From: Tubiluchus corallicola
Lineage: Eukaryota > Animalia > Priapulida
NCBI GenBank assembly: GCA_030141605.1
Contig: JAQGDQ010000251.1
Span: forward strand, 186,001-250,000
Length of the DNA stretch: 64,000 nt
Direction of reading: 5' to 3'
The position numbers were made by a program, and so were the translations under genes. Below are positions 38,373 through 50,711 of the stretch, in pieces. Each line of letters opens with the position of its first letter. Position 1 is the stretch's first letter. A model generated the notes under the pieces. That model had not been told where the DNA came from and did not search any database. It saw nothing but the letters and a program-made list of their open reading frames with translations.

Positions 38373-38395
38373 CACGTGAATTAGTGCTGCACGTG
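38373..38395. promoter_or_regulatory. Tandem E-boxes in the putative CTH promoter
   Basis: CACGTG at 38373-78 and 38390-95, upstream of a likely non-coding exon ending TAG|GTAATC at 38570. Confidence 0.45.
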
Positions 38396-39272
38396 ATATA
38401 GCCAGAGAGGCAGATTACTAACTTGATTATTATTTCTTAATTGTAAGTTACTTCTTTATTTTTTGCTTATTTGTAACACGAATTCGACGACGACGGAGAT
38501 AGTTTAGCTATTTTCGTTGTTTCCGCGGTCTTTAGTTTGTCATTAAAGTTATAATCAGCATATTTTGTAGGTAATCATTTTATCAGATTTAGCCTTTTTT
38601 AGGTATTGGAATTTGGATTGTTACTACAAGTCCAACTTAACGACCGGTGTTTGAGTTTGAATGTATTTATTTTGCATAACATTAGCTTGCGTTGTAATCG
38701 TAGCAGCATAATTGTCAGGTCAATATTCAAATTCAAACCTGGTGCTTAAGTCGGCTTCTTACTTTTTGCTTTTTTTAAAGCGCAGCTCGACATACTGCAA
38801 TCCGTAATCCAGCACTTAGTCTGGTTCAACTTATTTTTGAAACACATTCTAGCATGCTTCGAGCTAGAGTCCACTACTTATGGGTTGTACCAACTACCAA
38901 GTAAACGTTGAATAATTGCGACAAAAACAGACCTAGCTCATTCACAAAGTTAATTCTGTAACCTCAAACTATGAATTAATATCAGTGTCTTAGACATGGT
39001 TGGATGTGTATTACATGTACATCTGGCTCAACAACGTAAGCAGTTTGATAGATGAAACACCTAGAAGTAGTTGCTTGCATACCCAGCCATTCATTCACTA
39101 GATCTAGTGCTATTTAACTTTAGTGGCCAAACACATTCACTGACTAGTTAATGAAGTGAATCCATTTTTCATTTTAAATTTAACTTCCTGTTTCCTGGTA
39201 TCGATGTCTCCATTTTACTTTCCTATATAACATTCATATTAAAATTGTTGTTTTGTTATTTTTCTAGTTACA

Positions 39273-39416
39273 ATGGCAGAGTTTACACCTTTTCCACACT
39301 TTGCAACTGATGCTATTCATGCCGGCCAAGAACCAGAACAATGGATGTCTCATGCCGTTGTGCCGCCGATATCGATGGCCACGACATTTAAGCAGTACGC
39401 TCCCGGAGAACATAGA
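39273..39416 (+). CDS. CTH: CTH coding exon 1
   Basis: [24 protein letters not shown]...[12 protein letters not shown]. Confidence 0.93.
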
Positions 39417-42400
39417 GTAGGTTTCATAAGTGTGTCTGTTTGAGACTTATTTAAAAATCTTGTCTTCAGTAACTTTATTATAAATATTAGCTGTGCAAAG
39501 TTTAATTACCCCACACCCTTGGGTAGTTTAAAATTCAAATCATATGAGTCTTAATTTTAACCAAAGGTAATATTCAAATTTTAACATTTCAGGACTAGCA
39601 TTCTAGAATTTGGGCTTTGTGTGCACATTTGAAATAATAATAGGTTGGCTGTTCATGTCTGGCTTTAGGCTACTAATGGCCAGTACCTTGTAAAACAAAC
39701 ACTCATATTTGCTTTTACATTTTTGAATACCAAGAAATAGTCAAATTCATTGCTAGTCCTGTATGCTCTCTTCTCAATGGACATCAACTGCTGGATATTG
39801 ATGTTCTTCGTCCCCCCCCCCATGCAACGAGTGGTGTAGGGCAGGGTAGTGGTTGAATTCATGATGACAACATTTCAAGCTATATAGTATATCAAGTCAC
39901 AAGGATTAAAACTAAAATGACAGATTTTAGGTGATAGAATCATCTAAACTACCTTCATTTGGTGTTTGTGTGAGTCGCAAACGGAACTGCTAGTTATTTA
40001 ACAGGTTTTATTAAAATATTAATTGGCAACAGCAATATATAAAGCTATCCAAAAGTGCATCATTATGACAATCTTGAATCAAACCATAATTTTAAGTAAT
40101 AAAATTAAGAACATGCAGGCCTTGGCAAAAGTGTCAGTGATTGTTTGGTAAATTGATGCACCCTAATGATTTATGACTGCAGTGACATGGGGTCGATTCT
40201 CTTTTGTGTAGGGATACGAGTATGGTCGAAGTGGTAACCCAACAAGAGATGTTGTAGAGAAATGCATTGCCTCTCTTGAAAAAGGGAAGTTTTGTAAGTT
40301 TACAACAACAAAATTTTTGCATTACATTTTTTAATCGGAAGTTTGTGGTGTGCTGGTATTGGAGTGTACTGATATATGGGTGTTTTAGTGTAAAATTTAT
40401 GCTCTTATTAAACATAAAATAAAAGTCTCAGTTCTTGAAATTTTGCTGGAAAATGCCTGGAATTATGGGAAATGATTTTTTTCCTTTTTTAGAGAGTAAC
40501 CTTTTGTTACATTTATTATATAATTAATTGACTAGCTTGTTTGTTATTATTTTTGTGATTGTATGTTTTTAAGGTATGGTGTTTGCTTCTGGATTATCAG
40601 CGACAGCAACAATCACGCATTTACTAAATGGTGGTGATCATATTGTCTCTGTGCAAGATGTTTACGGAGGTAATGACTAATCTGGCTTACTTAAAGTATT
40701 GTTGCTGTGTTTACGTTTTAGCAGATTTTTGGCAATGCAACATTATTGTTGTAATGTGAGGTGCGTTGTTCAGTGGTTTTAGACACCACGCGTGGTGATC
40801 GGAGTTCAGAATGACAGTGGCAGTGACGTAATAAGTGCTTGTTTTGCCCGGGAGCAAAAAAGCTTTTTAGAGGCTACTCTTTCAACGTTTTCTCATTTGT
40901 TTCGTGCGTGAAGCTGCAAATTACGTGCGATTTTCGCATCCTTGAGCCCCACTTTCCTTTTTCAACATGATGAGATAAAGATAAACAAATTTTTTCTAAG
41001 AATCACCCAGAGTTTGATGTGCAGTACTGTGCCAGAATAACTTTTCTATGCATTTGTTGCTCATAACTCAACAGTCCTTAAACATTCAGCTCCAGCATTA
41101 AAACATTGGCATTTGGAGAATAGTGCCACAGTTTCTCCTAAAATTATCGGTCTGCTAAGGCACGTACCACTGTACACACACTGCTAAATATTAGCATTAG
41201 CTTTTTATGGTAGTAATTAAGTGTGATGACCTCGGATTTTGCTGCAGTTCGGAAATTTTTGTTAATTGTTATTGCCGGAATAGTAATGAATAATTTTCAT
41301 CCATTAAATAAACTCTAGAAGAATTTTGCAGATGATTGCCTCCTGTCACCCCCCTCCCCTGCTGCCCCTCTGGACACTGACACTAGTGAGTGAACGTGCT
41401 CGAGGCAGTTTCATCCTTCATGCTGATTCCTGCTGTTTGCCTTGTAGAGGAAAACTGTACCATACACATTTAAACGTGACTATGACACCTCTGCTGGTTC
41501 AGTGCTTCGATAATAAATTGGATTTCAGTTTCACCATCTTCTTAGGATGTGCTCTGTCATAGTATGCTATGTTCTGACCTGCAGTGTTCCAAATTGTTTA
41601 AGTTTATGCTGCTGATTTAAATTTCTATTTTAGCAAATGTACAAAGTAACTGTTAGGTTTTCTTGGATACCGTGACTGATCTGTTTAAAAAATGTACGCA
41701 TGATAAATAGTACGACAGGAAAACATTTTTTAGCAAAGTTGGCCCCAGATTGATCCCATGTGCTCTGGTCTACATTATTTAAAAAATAATTGGTAAATAG
41801 TAATCTAATAATAGTATTATAATATATGATATTGATTTTTTGTCTCAGAATATCATAATATTTTGAATTGATTTTTTTATATCATAATATTTGGTATTGA
41901 TTGTTTTGTATCATAATATTTGGTACTGATTTTTGTGGGTGACTATAGTGATGGGCAATTTTTAAATTTTTTGATTCCTTTACAATCTTGTTCTTGTAAT
42001 TCAATATCACAATTAATCTTTTATGGTAATTTTTTAGTGTTTTAGCCATATTTTTCAAACATTGTAGCACTGAAATATAGCCTATAAACTTCTTCATGGT
42101 TTTCGTCGTTCTCTGTCATTTTCATACTCGCAAACTATTTTGATAGACACATACATTCATTAACTACTTTATTACTATGTCAACTGCACACATCATGTGA
42201 AAGAGAATAAGAAGCCCCAGTTTGCATCACTACGGTTTGCAACTGTGTGCATTTTGTAAGGTCAGAAAAATGAAGAATTCTGTTTATTTGTACTAAAACA
42301 CTGCTTTGTTTAGTCAGTGTGTAACACCTATGTTTTGCTCTCGATTAATCTTGATTAACTGAATTACTGTTCAATAGCCGGTTACATATCAATTTATACG

Positions 42401-45400
42401 TGGTTGTAATCTCGATTAATTAAATTAATCTATAAATTGCCCATCACTGGGTGACTTCTACTGTCATTTCAAGCATTTAAAATCAAGTCTATATAGCTGT
42501 TGCATTTACACAGTGCATGTACAGGCAACCACACACTGGCCTTGAAATATAGTTTTATGCTTCGTTTTTATCTTGTCATTTTCTGTTCTACTTGCTGAAA
42601 GACATTTTGTGTTGCAATATTTGAACATCATAAATGCAAATATAGTAACCAAAGAATGCAGCAGTGGATTATGGCTAGGCAGACAGGCACCAAATAGTGT
42701 GTTGCATGAAATCAGTAGGGCAGACATAGTAGCTGCAACTTCTGTTAGTACTTTATAGAATGCCAGTACAACAAAAAGAAATTTCACGCTTTCAACTAAG
42801 GCAAAAATTTATAATTAAAACACTTCTTATCAAATGAATAGTAAAATGAATCGTAGCTAAATGGGGAGTCGCTAAGTGAGAGCTGACTGTGCATTATGTG
42901 CTGGTCAGCTACTGGTGCAAATTGGTTACTTTTAGACTATGGGCATCTATAAGAAAATTCCTCAGTATCTGGCATCGTTCATAATAGAATACTGCAAAAA
43001 TGTGTAAAGAGTCCAAAAGCAAATGTCTAAATTATTGATACTTAGTTTAATATTTTAAACAGGCCTGAAATCCGAGTTAATCATTGATTTCTGATCGGTG
43101 ATGTATTATCGATAAAAGTACCAAAAATTCCCAGTTAACTTGAATTGGACTAATTTTAACTGATTGGATAATTTTACTTTGAACAACAGTGAATTCTTAA
43201 ATGGCATATCAACAAGTGATGAATATCCGTAATTTATCAAGAAAACACATCTCAAAAGCTTAGGATAGGATAGGATTTCTTATATTTTGCAAACAACCGA
43301 AAAACTGGCTTGTGTAATAGCAGATTTATTTGCTTTGTAAATGACCGGGTTTATAACAAACTAATGTTGTATATTAGTAATACTGGCATGCAGTATACAT
43401 GCCAGGGTTACTAATATACAGTAATACAATCCTAAATAAATTCTTTACATCTGATTTTCTGGCTTGCAAATTTCACAATTATGTTGTCAATTATATGAAG
43501 TCATTTAGATATTCATTTTCAATAGATTTTATGTTAATCAAGGTGCTTTTGTTGACAAGATGACCTCATATAGCTTTTAATTAGTCTAAGACTCTAACTT
43601 AGAAAATGATCTTTCTCTTCATTTAAAATCATTTAAGAAAAAACTATGGCATGTCGTAGGTTTTGCATCTGTTCCCTCACCCAGAAACATTTGTCATTTT
43701 TGTACTTTATTCATAACAATTCTGTACCTTTGAAAGCAAAATAAAAACCACTAATTTTTATTCTGTAGCAAACACTTGGCTGTTTAATCGTTGATACAGT
43801 TGACAAAATCGGGAACTGTCGGGGCCTCTGACGCTTGGAGGTCCTCCTGCACCACCGACAGAGCCGCCGTGGTAGTTGTGGCTCTGAGCGCAGAGTATTT
43901 ATAACCAGGTTGGAATCATAGAAAATGGCCAGCTCTGATTAATTCAATTGGTGATTACAAGCTTATGCAATGTAAGATGACTGCAACAGCCGTAATTTAT
44001 TATGATGTGTCTTACAGGAACTAACCGATATTTTTCACAAGTTGCCTCGGCTTTCCACGTTGGAGTTACTTATGTTGATGCGGCTACAGACGTTAAACAC
44101 ATCACCGATGCCATAACAGACAAAACTAGGGTGAGTTAGTAAAAGCTAAACTTTCTTTGATATGAGATATTTATGTTTATTGATTTGCTATTTGCTTTGC
44201 TTCTTGAGATTACTGTTTTTGTTTCTGTCTTAAATTCATTCAATAGATGAATTTATTCATCCAGTGAATACAATAATAGTATAAATTTATTATTACCCAA
44301 ATGCTAACTTTGTATTTAAATTCTTCATGTGATTACTATTTGTAACTTTACTTCTCTGTTATTTAAATTTGTGATGAGAGTTCGCAAAACTATTTTTGCC
44401 TCTACAGTATAAAATAACATGACAAATTAATTTTAATGTTGTATTATTTTTGTATAATAGCCAGTAATCACCCAAAAGTTTTCCTGCGCCTGTAAGTAAG
44501 CCTTTACTTTTAATAAGAGGCAGCTGATTAAGTGACGAACAGGCCTTTCACTGCTCTTTCTCAGTTATATTTAAATTTTTATGTAATCATATTCTTTTTA
44601 AACAAAAAAAGTTGGGTTGAAAAAATAAAGCTGAGTTGAATTGAATTGCATTGTTCATTTTAATGAGAAGTTACTTGCTTACTTGTATAACATTGTTAAT
44701 GAGCTAAAATTGTTTTCAGAATTTGCTTGTTATGAAAATAGTTTGTGCCATGTTCCCATATAGTGAAATAGCAAATCAGTCTAGTTTTATAGTGTAGGAA
44801 GGAGAATAGCTGCATGGTCAATATATGGGCATGGTAACTAAAGTTAATTATTGCTGAGATTAGTCAGGAGCAGGATGGGTGACTGCCAGAAAATTTTTTT
44901 TGTTGGTTTCATTTGCCATACTGACTCTTGTTATTAACCTCGTTAAGTTAGGATGTGTACACAGCCTAGATGGCAAAGGTGCTTCTGCTGATTAAGTTCC
45001 ACTTTTCAGATGATTATTCTTGATAAGGCGCTAACTTCTGGTACTGCCACAAACAGCTACACTAAGTATATTCTGCCTTTGGGTGCTTCATTTCTGGTTG
45101 TAGTGTGACAAATTGCTTAAAAACAATGTACAAACGGATATCGCAGAAAAGAAGTCTTCAAATATTCTTCGGATAAAAACAAACTCTTTTTCATAATCTG
45201 CATTGAAGCATCGTATTATTTCAAGTTTTTCTTTTCAAAAGGCAGAACAATAAGCCTTTTCACAGTTCCAGCAATTGATGATGATCATGAAAAGGTCCAA
45301 GGTTAAGTGAACCAGACAATGCATTTGTGTACACTTGACAATGCCTTGCAGCCCTTGCTATTGTAATAGTAACAATTTTAACAGCTAGCTAGAACATTAC

Positions 45401-48400
45401 CTAGTTAATTTTTCTTGTTCCCAAGCAAGATACTGCTAGTAAAATACTCTACATTGCCCAGATTAATGCACAATTAAGTAAAGTCTGCGTAAAACAACTG
45501 AAGTTATTGAACTGATGTGACAGACGACTTTGATTTGCCTACATGTCACATGACTTTTGTAGTTAAGACATGTTTCTTGGGTTCACTAAACCTTTGACCT
45601 ACAGCAACTGTGCATGCACATAGCAAAACTGTGAAAAGGCTTATTACTTTCGTTTGAGCAACCAAATGAGCTTTTAAGTGTATTTAGTGTGATAGATTGT
45701 GAAGTGTCCACATGAATGCATACTCTAACTTTTCTTGGTTGTTACTTAGATGGTGTGGATAGAGACTCCGACAAATCCTACCTTATGCTTGGTGGACATT
45801 AAGGCCGTTGCAGCTGAAGTCAAGAAACATAAGAACATATTTATGGTAGTTGACAACACGTTTATGACGCCTTATTTTCAGCGACCGCTGGAGCTGGGTG
45901 CTGACGTTGTGCTTCATTCTTTGACTAAATATATGAATGGTATGAATTATGATTTACTGTTAACTGAGTTACCCTTTAATGCTGAAAGCATAAGTTATTT
46001 AACTTTTCTGTGAAACTGAACATTTTTAATGGGTTTCTTTACACTTTGAATTGCTCATGTTGTTGAGCACAATTGTGCAAATATAAATTTTACTGGTGGC
46101 TGGGAATAGCTGAAAAGATATTGAAAAAAACACAGGTATTTAACACTGTGATAGCATCTTTAGTGTAAAACATCCATGGTTTTCAATGAAACAAGGTGAC
46201 ATTAAAATAAATTTTAGATACTTCAACACATAACCCATTGTATTAATGAATGTTTTCTCAGACGTTCGTAAACTTCAATGCTATACACATGTTTCTTCTT
46301 TTTGTAAGTTTGCATTCAGTTATTTACATTAATATGTGAAGTTATCAAACACGTGTATTTCAAGTTTGACTGTCAAAAGATTGCTTTTGTAGTTGCTTGT
46401 GTTTTTGTTGCACAATTCTAATTCACATTTTCTTACATCTTTATGTATGTTGATGCTGTGCATTTTTTATCAGCATTTCAGCATATTTTTTCCAGTATGT
46501 TGAATGGACATGTATCGAAGTTGCTAAGATTACGTCTGTTGCCATTTTGATTCTAAACATTATTTGATTATTTGTAGGTCATAGTGACTCTATTATGGGG
46601 GCTTTAGTTACAAACAGTGATGCTATAGAGGATAAACTAAGATTCTTACAAAATGGTAAGTTATGTGTAATTATATTTTCTTTGTGATTTTGTAAGTTGT
46701 TGTGTAGTAATTTGTATATTCTCCTTGTAAACTATGATGCACTTGCAGGTTGAATCCTTTTTATGTTACAGCAATTGGTGCGATTCCAAGTCCGTTCGAT
46801 TGCTACTTGGTTAACCGAGGCCTGAAAACGCTGCATCTGCGCATGCAGTGCCATATGAAAAACGGTTTGGCCGTTGCTAGATATTTGGAAAAAGATCCCC
46901 GGGTACTGAAGGTCATCCATCCAGGTAGGTTTGGAAGATATTAGACTTCGTTAGCTCAAAGATGAGTGATGAGTTACCAAACAATTTTGCAAAGATTACT
47001 TTGTTTAATAATTGACCGATTAGATGATTGTATTGGATTAAAGTGGTAGATTGCTAACAGTAAAAGAATTGCTATTCGTAAATCTCAGCATTAAGCCAAG
47101 TAGTCATCAGCAGTTATCATGCTTTACCGAGTTTCGAGGCTTAACTGGACACTCCACGTGGTGCCCACAATAGCAAAGATGATAGTTGGTTATTCCACCA
47201 GTGAAATTAGTTTTTCTCCTGTGTTGTGTAAGAATTTATGATTTTTTTATGGTATTATTTAAATTTTATGTCGAATGACTTGCACAAGATACCTGTTGGT
47301 GATCGGTTAACTTCTAAATACAGTCACAAAATCAAAGCTCTACAATTACCGAATGAGAAACTATAAATTTTAAACCTTCCAAACTCACTTTATGTTTATA
47401 ATGACACTCTTTTAATAAAACTTGTAATCAGCACTTACTGAGGCAATTATGGTCTGCGTCATTAACTCTATAATGCTGAATTATCAGAGGGCAGTATTGT
47501 TTTACGTTGGTTTATGACTCATTTTCATAAACAGTTGAGAATTAATTTAATTTTAACTTTCAGGGCTCGAGTCACATCCTCAGTATCAATTGGCTAAGAC
47601 TCAGTGCCGTGGATATTCTGGAATGTGCTCGTTTTATGTAAAAGGTGGCCTGAAAGAAGCTACAACTTTTCTAAGTTCTTTGAAGGTACGTAATTGCATA
47701 TGATTGCTTTGGAGAAGTGCAACCATACCATTTTCTCATTTTGCTGCTGTTTATTTTCAGAAGCTGTTAAATTAGTTTTTGTTACGGACTTGCAAATGTA
47801 TAATATATGGAACATTTGTGTTATACATACGTAATGGAGATGACTATATGTCTGCCAGAAAATGGTCCAAAACTGGCGCATAAATAATACCTGTGCAGTA
47901 TACGTTCTTTGGGTCATAAGTTTTTAGAATACAACGAAAAAGTCTGTTTGTGCGTAACGTTATTGAAATCTTTCTTATCCTGATTTCTAGCTAATTTTTC
48001 TACTATGCAAAGTTGCTTATGCAAGTTAAGAGTTCAATGACTTTATATGTTTTCCCCAGAAACGCATTTATGATTTATTTATGCCAATGACTAATAAAAG
48101 TTGTATTGTCAGACAGATGGTATTAACAAAATAAAGGTAACTAGGCTGTCAGGCTTGCTGCTGAGTTTGTTCCCAGAGTCCTTTACTACATGCAGAGAGT
48201 GTGAACAGTGTGCACAGCAACCAACAGTACTTTGCAATTTCATCTCACTATGACATTCATAGCCATAGTAAGAAGTTGTAAATAAGCGCCTTTACATGTT
48301 GACAGACATTGTAATATGTCTAATATAACACATTGGAAGAAGAGTTTAAGCTGTTTTTAAAATATCACAAAGTAATGTTACCATCTGAATTTAGGTGTTT

Positions 48401-50274
48401 ATACTTGCTGAAAGTTTGGGAGGCTTTGAAAGTTTAGCCGAACATCCGTGAGTAACTCGGGCTTTTTCTAGCATTTTGCATTCTTTTCGACTGACAGTAT
48501 ACATCAATCAGCTAAGCGGCTAGAAGAACCCTGGCAAGCCCTAGGGGGAACCCTGTGAAACCAACATCTTCCTATATTATTGTAAAATAGTTTAATAAAC
48601 TTTAACTGATATGCCTTTTTGATGTTTGTATCAGTTTGATTGTCTAAACTAGAAATTTGTCTTTACTAGTTTTAAAATAATGCATGAAATGTGTTGGTTT
48701 CACTGGGTTCCCTGTCCACTTTCCAGGCTTTTTCAGCCCTTAGCTGGTTGTTGATGCTCTGTGACCTTAAAACAGACTTGAACAGCGTGGTTGTAATAAA
48801 AAATGTTTTTATAGACTTTGTTTTCAATTTTGTGAGTTAATTTTCTTAGTTAACATGCTGTTAACCTTGATAATAATTCTGTTAATTTTGAATGTGCATT
48901 TGTCGTTGTTAAAATTTTAAAATAATACAGGAAATATGTTGGTTTTTACATTAATGAAATTAATAAAATTTACTAATTTAATTTATTAGTTAATATGCTG
49001 TTAGTTTTGATAATAATTCTATTAATTTTGAATTCATTGTTTGAACATTGGCTAACCATGATAAATAACTACAATTTTGTTTACATTTCGGCACACACAA
49101 GCTGTTACATTCCAGTACAAGTAAATAGTTGAACTGTATACACTATAGCCAATTTAAACTAGCCAAGTTTAATTCTTTTTCTCTTAATTTAGTGCTTTAT
49201 TTGTTGTTTTTAGTGCTATTATGACACATGCTTCAGTGCCAAAGGATCAACGGGACACTTTAGGAATTGGTGATAATTTAATACGCCTTTCTGTTGGGCT
49301 TGAAGATGAAGAAGACTTGATAGGTGATATTGATCAAGCCCTTACTGCTGCTGTGAGTTGCTTTTCCACAAACATGTCTTTATTTTTTATCTATAAATTT
49401 TAACGCATAACTTGTATTTTATGTTCTTTTTAAACAAATTTGTACTTTTGTGCAAACATAATATGGATTGTGGCATTTATTAGTAACATCATTTTATTTC
49501 GAGCTGATTTTACTAAAGTATCTCGTAAGAAACAAAGTGTTGTCAGTCAAGATTATTGGCACGATTAGTTTTAAAAAAGGGATTACGATAGTAAAAAGAT
49601 TAACGGGCCTAATTAATAAGCCTGTTATATCAATAGAAACCAAATAATTCTGGTAAAATATACAAGCAGTAACATCTTCTTAGAAATTAACATGTAAAAT
49701 GTAATCTAGAATTGATTGCAGCTGTGCTGTGTTTAAAAAATTATTATCATTTCTAAGCATTTGTAGCAGGCCATACTAACAAGTATTTGTTGATTTCCTT
49801 ATCAAAGCCTTTTACTCCATGATTTCTTTGCAAAAATATTATATCCATTTTCTAACGGATAACTACTACATTTCAGTGTGGTTAATGTTGTTGCACAATG
49901 CACCTCCTTTATAGGAGATGAAGCCAGTCAGTGAAGCAGTAGTTGGTTTGTTTTGCTGGTTGGGTTAAGACATCACTAATTGCTGTGGCATCATTTTATT
50001 GATAAAATGCACCTTGACTTTTTTACTTTTCTTCTGCAATCTGTTGTGATAGTATGTGGAATTTTTCTCATAAAAGCTTATATTTAATAAATCAGAACAT
50101 TTGATTTTTTTCTACCTTTTCTAACCAATCACCTCAGTCATGATTAAGTTAGTAAGCAAGTAGTTAAGTTAGTGTCAAATAACAAGACTCTTAGTGCAGT
50201 TTACTATGTGAGAATGTTGATTTGAAGTTAATGATTTTGTTTTTTTCCAGATGGCTGCTGCTAAAGAACAGTAA
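39273..50274 (+). CDS. CTH: Cystathionine gamma-lyase, 397 aa; join(39273-39416,40212-40293,40574-40669,44018-44130,45750-45939,46578-46655,46772-46924,47564-47685,48395-48447,49214-49352,50251-50274)
   Basis: The exons sum to 1194 nt in frame. Motifs: [46 protein letters not shown], the PLP lysine motif [43 protein letters not shown]. Confidence 0.97.
40212..40293 (+). CDS. CTH: CTH coding exon 2
   Basis: [23 protein letters not shown]. Confidence 0.95.
40574..40669 (+). CDS. CTH: CTH coding exon 3
   Basis: [29 protein letters not shown]. Confidence 0.95.
41418..41540 (+). mobile_element. SINE body fragment
   Basis: TCATGCTGATTCCTGCTGTTTGCCTTGTAGAGGAAA... is homologous to 60806-60940. Confidence 0.6.
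41850..41934. repeat. Minisatellite, about 29-bp unit x3
   Basis: ATATCATAATATTT(T/G)G..TGATT repeated. Confidence 0.75.
41946..42449 (-). mobile_element. hAT-like MITE with 8-bp target site duplication
   Basis: TIRs TAGTGATGGGCAATTT / AAATTGCCCATCACTG; flanks GGTGACTA and GGTGACTT. Confidence 0.88.
44018..44130 (+). CDS. CTH: CTH coding exon 4
   Basis: [11 protein letters not shown]...AITDKTR. Confidence 0.94.
44830..45060 (+). mobile_element. Degenerate SINE with a 5S rRNA-like segment
   Basis: AAAGTTAA...TAGTCAGGAGCAGGATGGGTGACTGCC resembles 5S box A to box C; the body resembles 60690-60940 and 62270-62520. Confidence 0.45.
45249..45645. mobile_element. MITE with long inverted termini (possibly PIF/Harbinger)
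   Basis: Perfect 19-bp IR AATAAGCCTTTTCACAGTT, plus an internal IR AGGTC(C/A)AAGGTT(A/T)AGTGAACC. Confidence 0.8.
45750..45939 (+). CDS. CTH: CTH coding exon 5 (contains the PLP lysine)
   Basis: [10 protein letters not shown]...[30 protein letters not shown]. Confidence 0.96.
46578..46655 (+). CDS. CTH: CTH coding exon 6
   Basis: [11 protein letters not shown]...LRFLQN. Confidence 0.95.
46772..46924 (+). CDS. CTH: CTH coding exon 7
   Basis: [24 protein letters not shown]...VIHP. Confidence 0.96.
47564..47685 (+). CDS. CTH: CTH coding exon 8
   Basis: [25 protein letters not shown]...FLSSLK. Confidence 0.95.
48395..48447 (+). CDS. CTH: CTH coding exon 9
   Basis: [18 protein letters not shown]. 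Confidence 0.95.
48505..48750. mobile_element. Foldback MITE, inverted arms of about 65 bp
   Basis: CAGCTAAG...GGGAACCCTGTGAAACCAACA versus TGTTGGTTTCACTGGGTTCCC...CTTAGCTG. Confidence 0.75.
48846..49033. repeat. 48-bp direct repeat, offset 140 bp
   Basis: TTAGTTAAYATGCTGTTA...TGATAATAATTCTRTTAATTTTGAAT at 48846 and 48986. Confidence 0.8.
49214..49352 (+). CDS. CTH: CTH coding exon 10
   Basis: [13 protein letters not shown]...[25 protein letters not shown]. Confidence 0.96.
50251..50274 (+). CDS. CTH: CTH probable terminal coding exon (MAAAKEQ*)
   Basis: Strong acceptor TTTTTTTCCAG; AATAAA at 50313; the peptide is too short to confirm by motif. Confidence 0.6.
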   Translation: MAAAKEQ

Positions 50275-50354
50275 CTAAAGACTGTTATGTAAAATATCTG
50301 TAGTGGAATAATAATAAAAATAATGAGAATGGTCTACACAAACACGCACGTGGG

Positions 50355-50711
50355 CAAGGCTGGATTGTCCTATAGGCTAGCATGGCATGGGCTGCAGCCC
50401 CTAGGGCCCTTCAAGTTTGGGCACCCTCAAGCTTTGATAACATTTGGTAAAAAACTATGTTGAAATAAGTGCTCATTTTGTTTGCAATAAATAGCAAAAT
50501 TGTGGTATTTTTAAAGAACCTTTTTATTGACAAACAAAAGATAGCTATTCCAGCATATATAAAGAATTTGCAATAAATTTACTTCAAGCTGTGTAAATGT
50601 AGCTAAAATATATCAGGAGTAAAAATATTCAAGACGGATGTGCAGAGTTAGATGGTGGCTTCGTCTGAGCTTCATTAGCCTAGGGCTCCGAAAAGGTCAT
50701 AATCCGTCCCG
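50355..50711 (+). mobile_element. Non-autonomous DNA transposon (hAT-like termini) downstream of the CTH stop codon
   Basis: CAAGGCTGGATT ... AATCCGTCCCG imperfect TIRs; flanks CGCACGTGGG / CACACGTGTG. Confidence 0.7.

Noticed and set aside
40771-41172. Possible TIR element (CAGTGGT...ACCACTG)
   Set aside because: Only a 7-bp inverted match and no target duplication.
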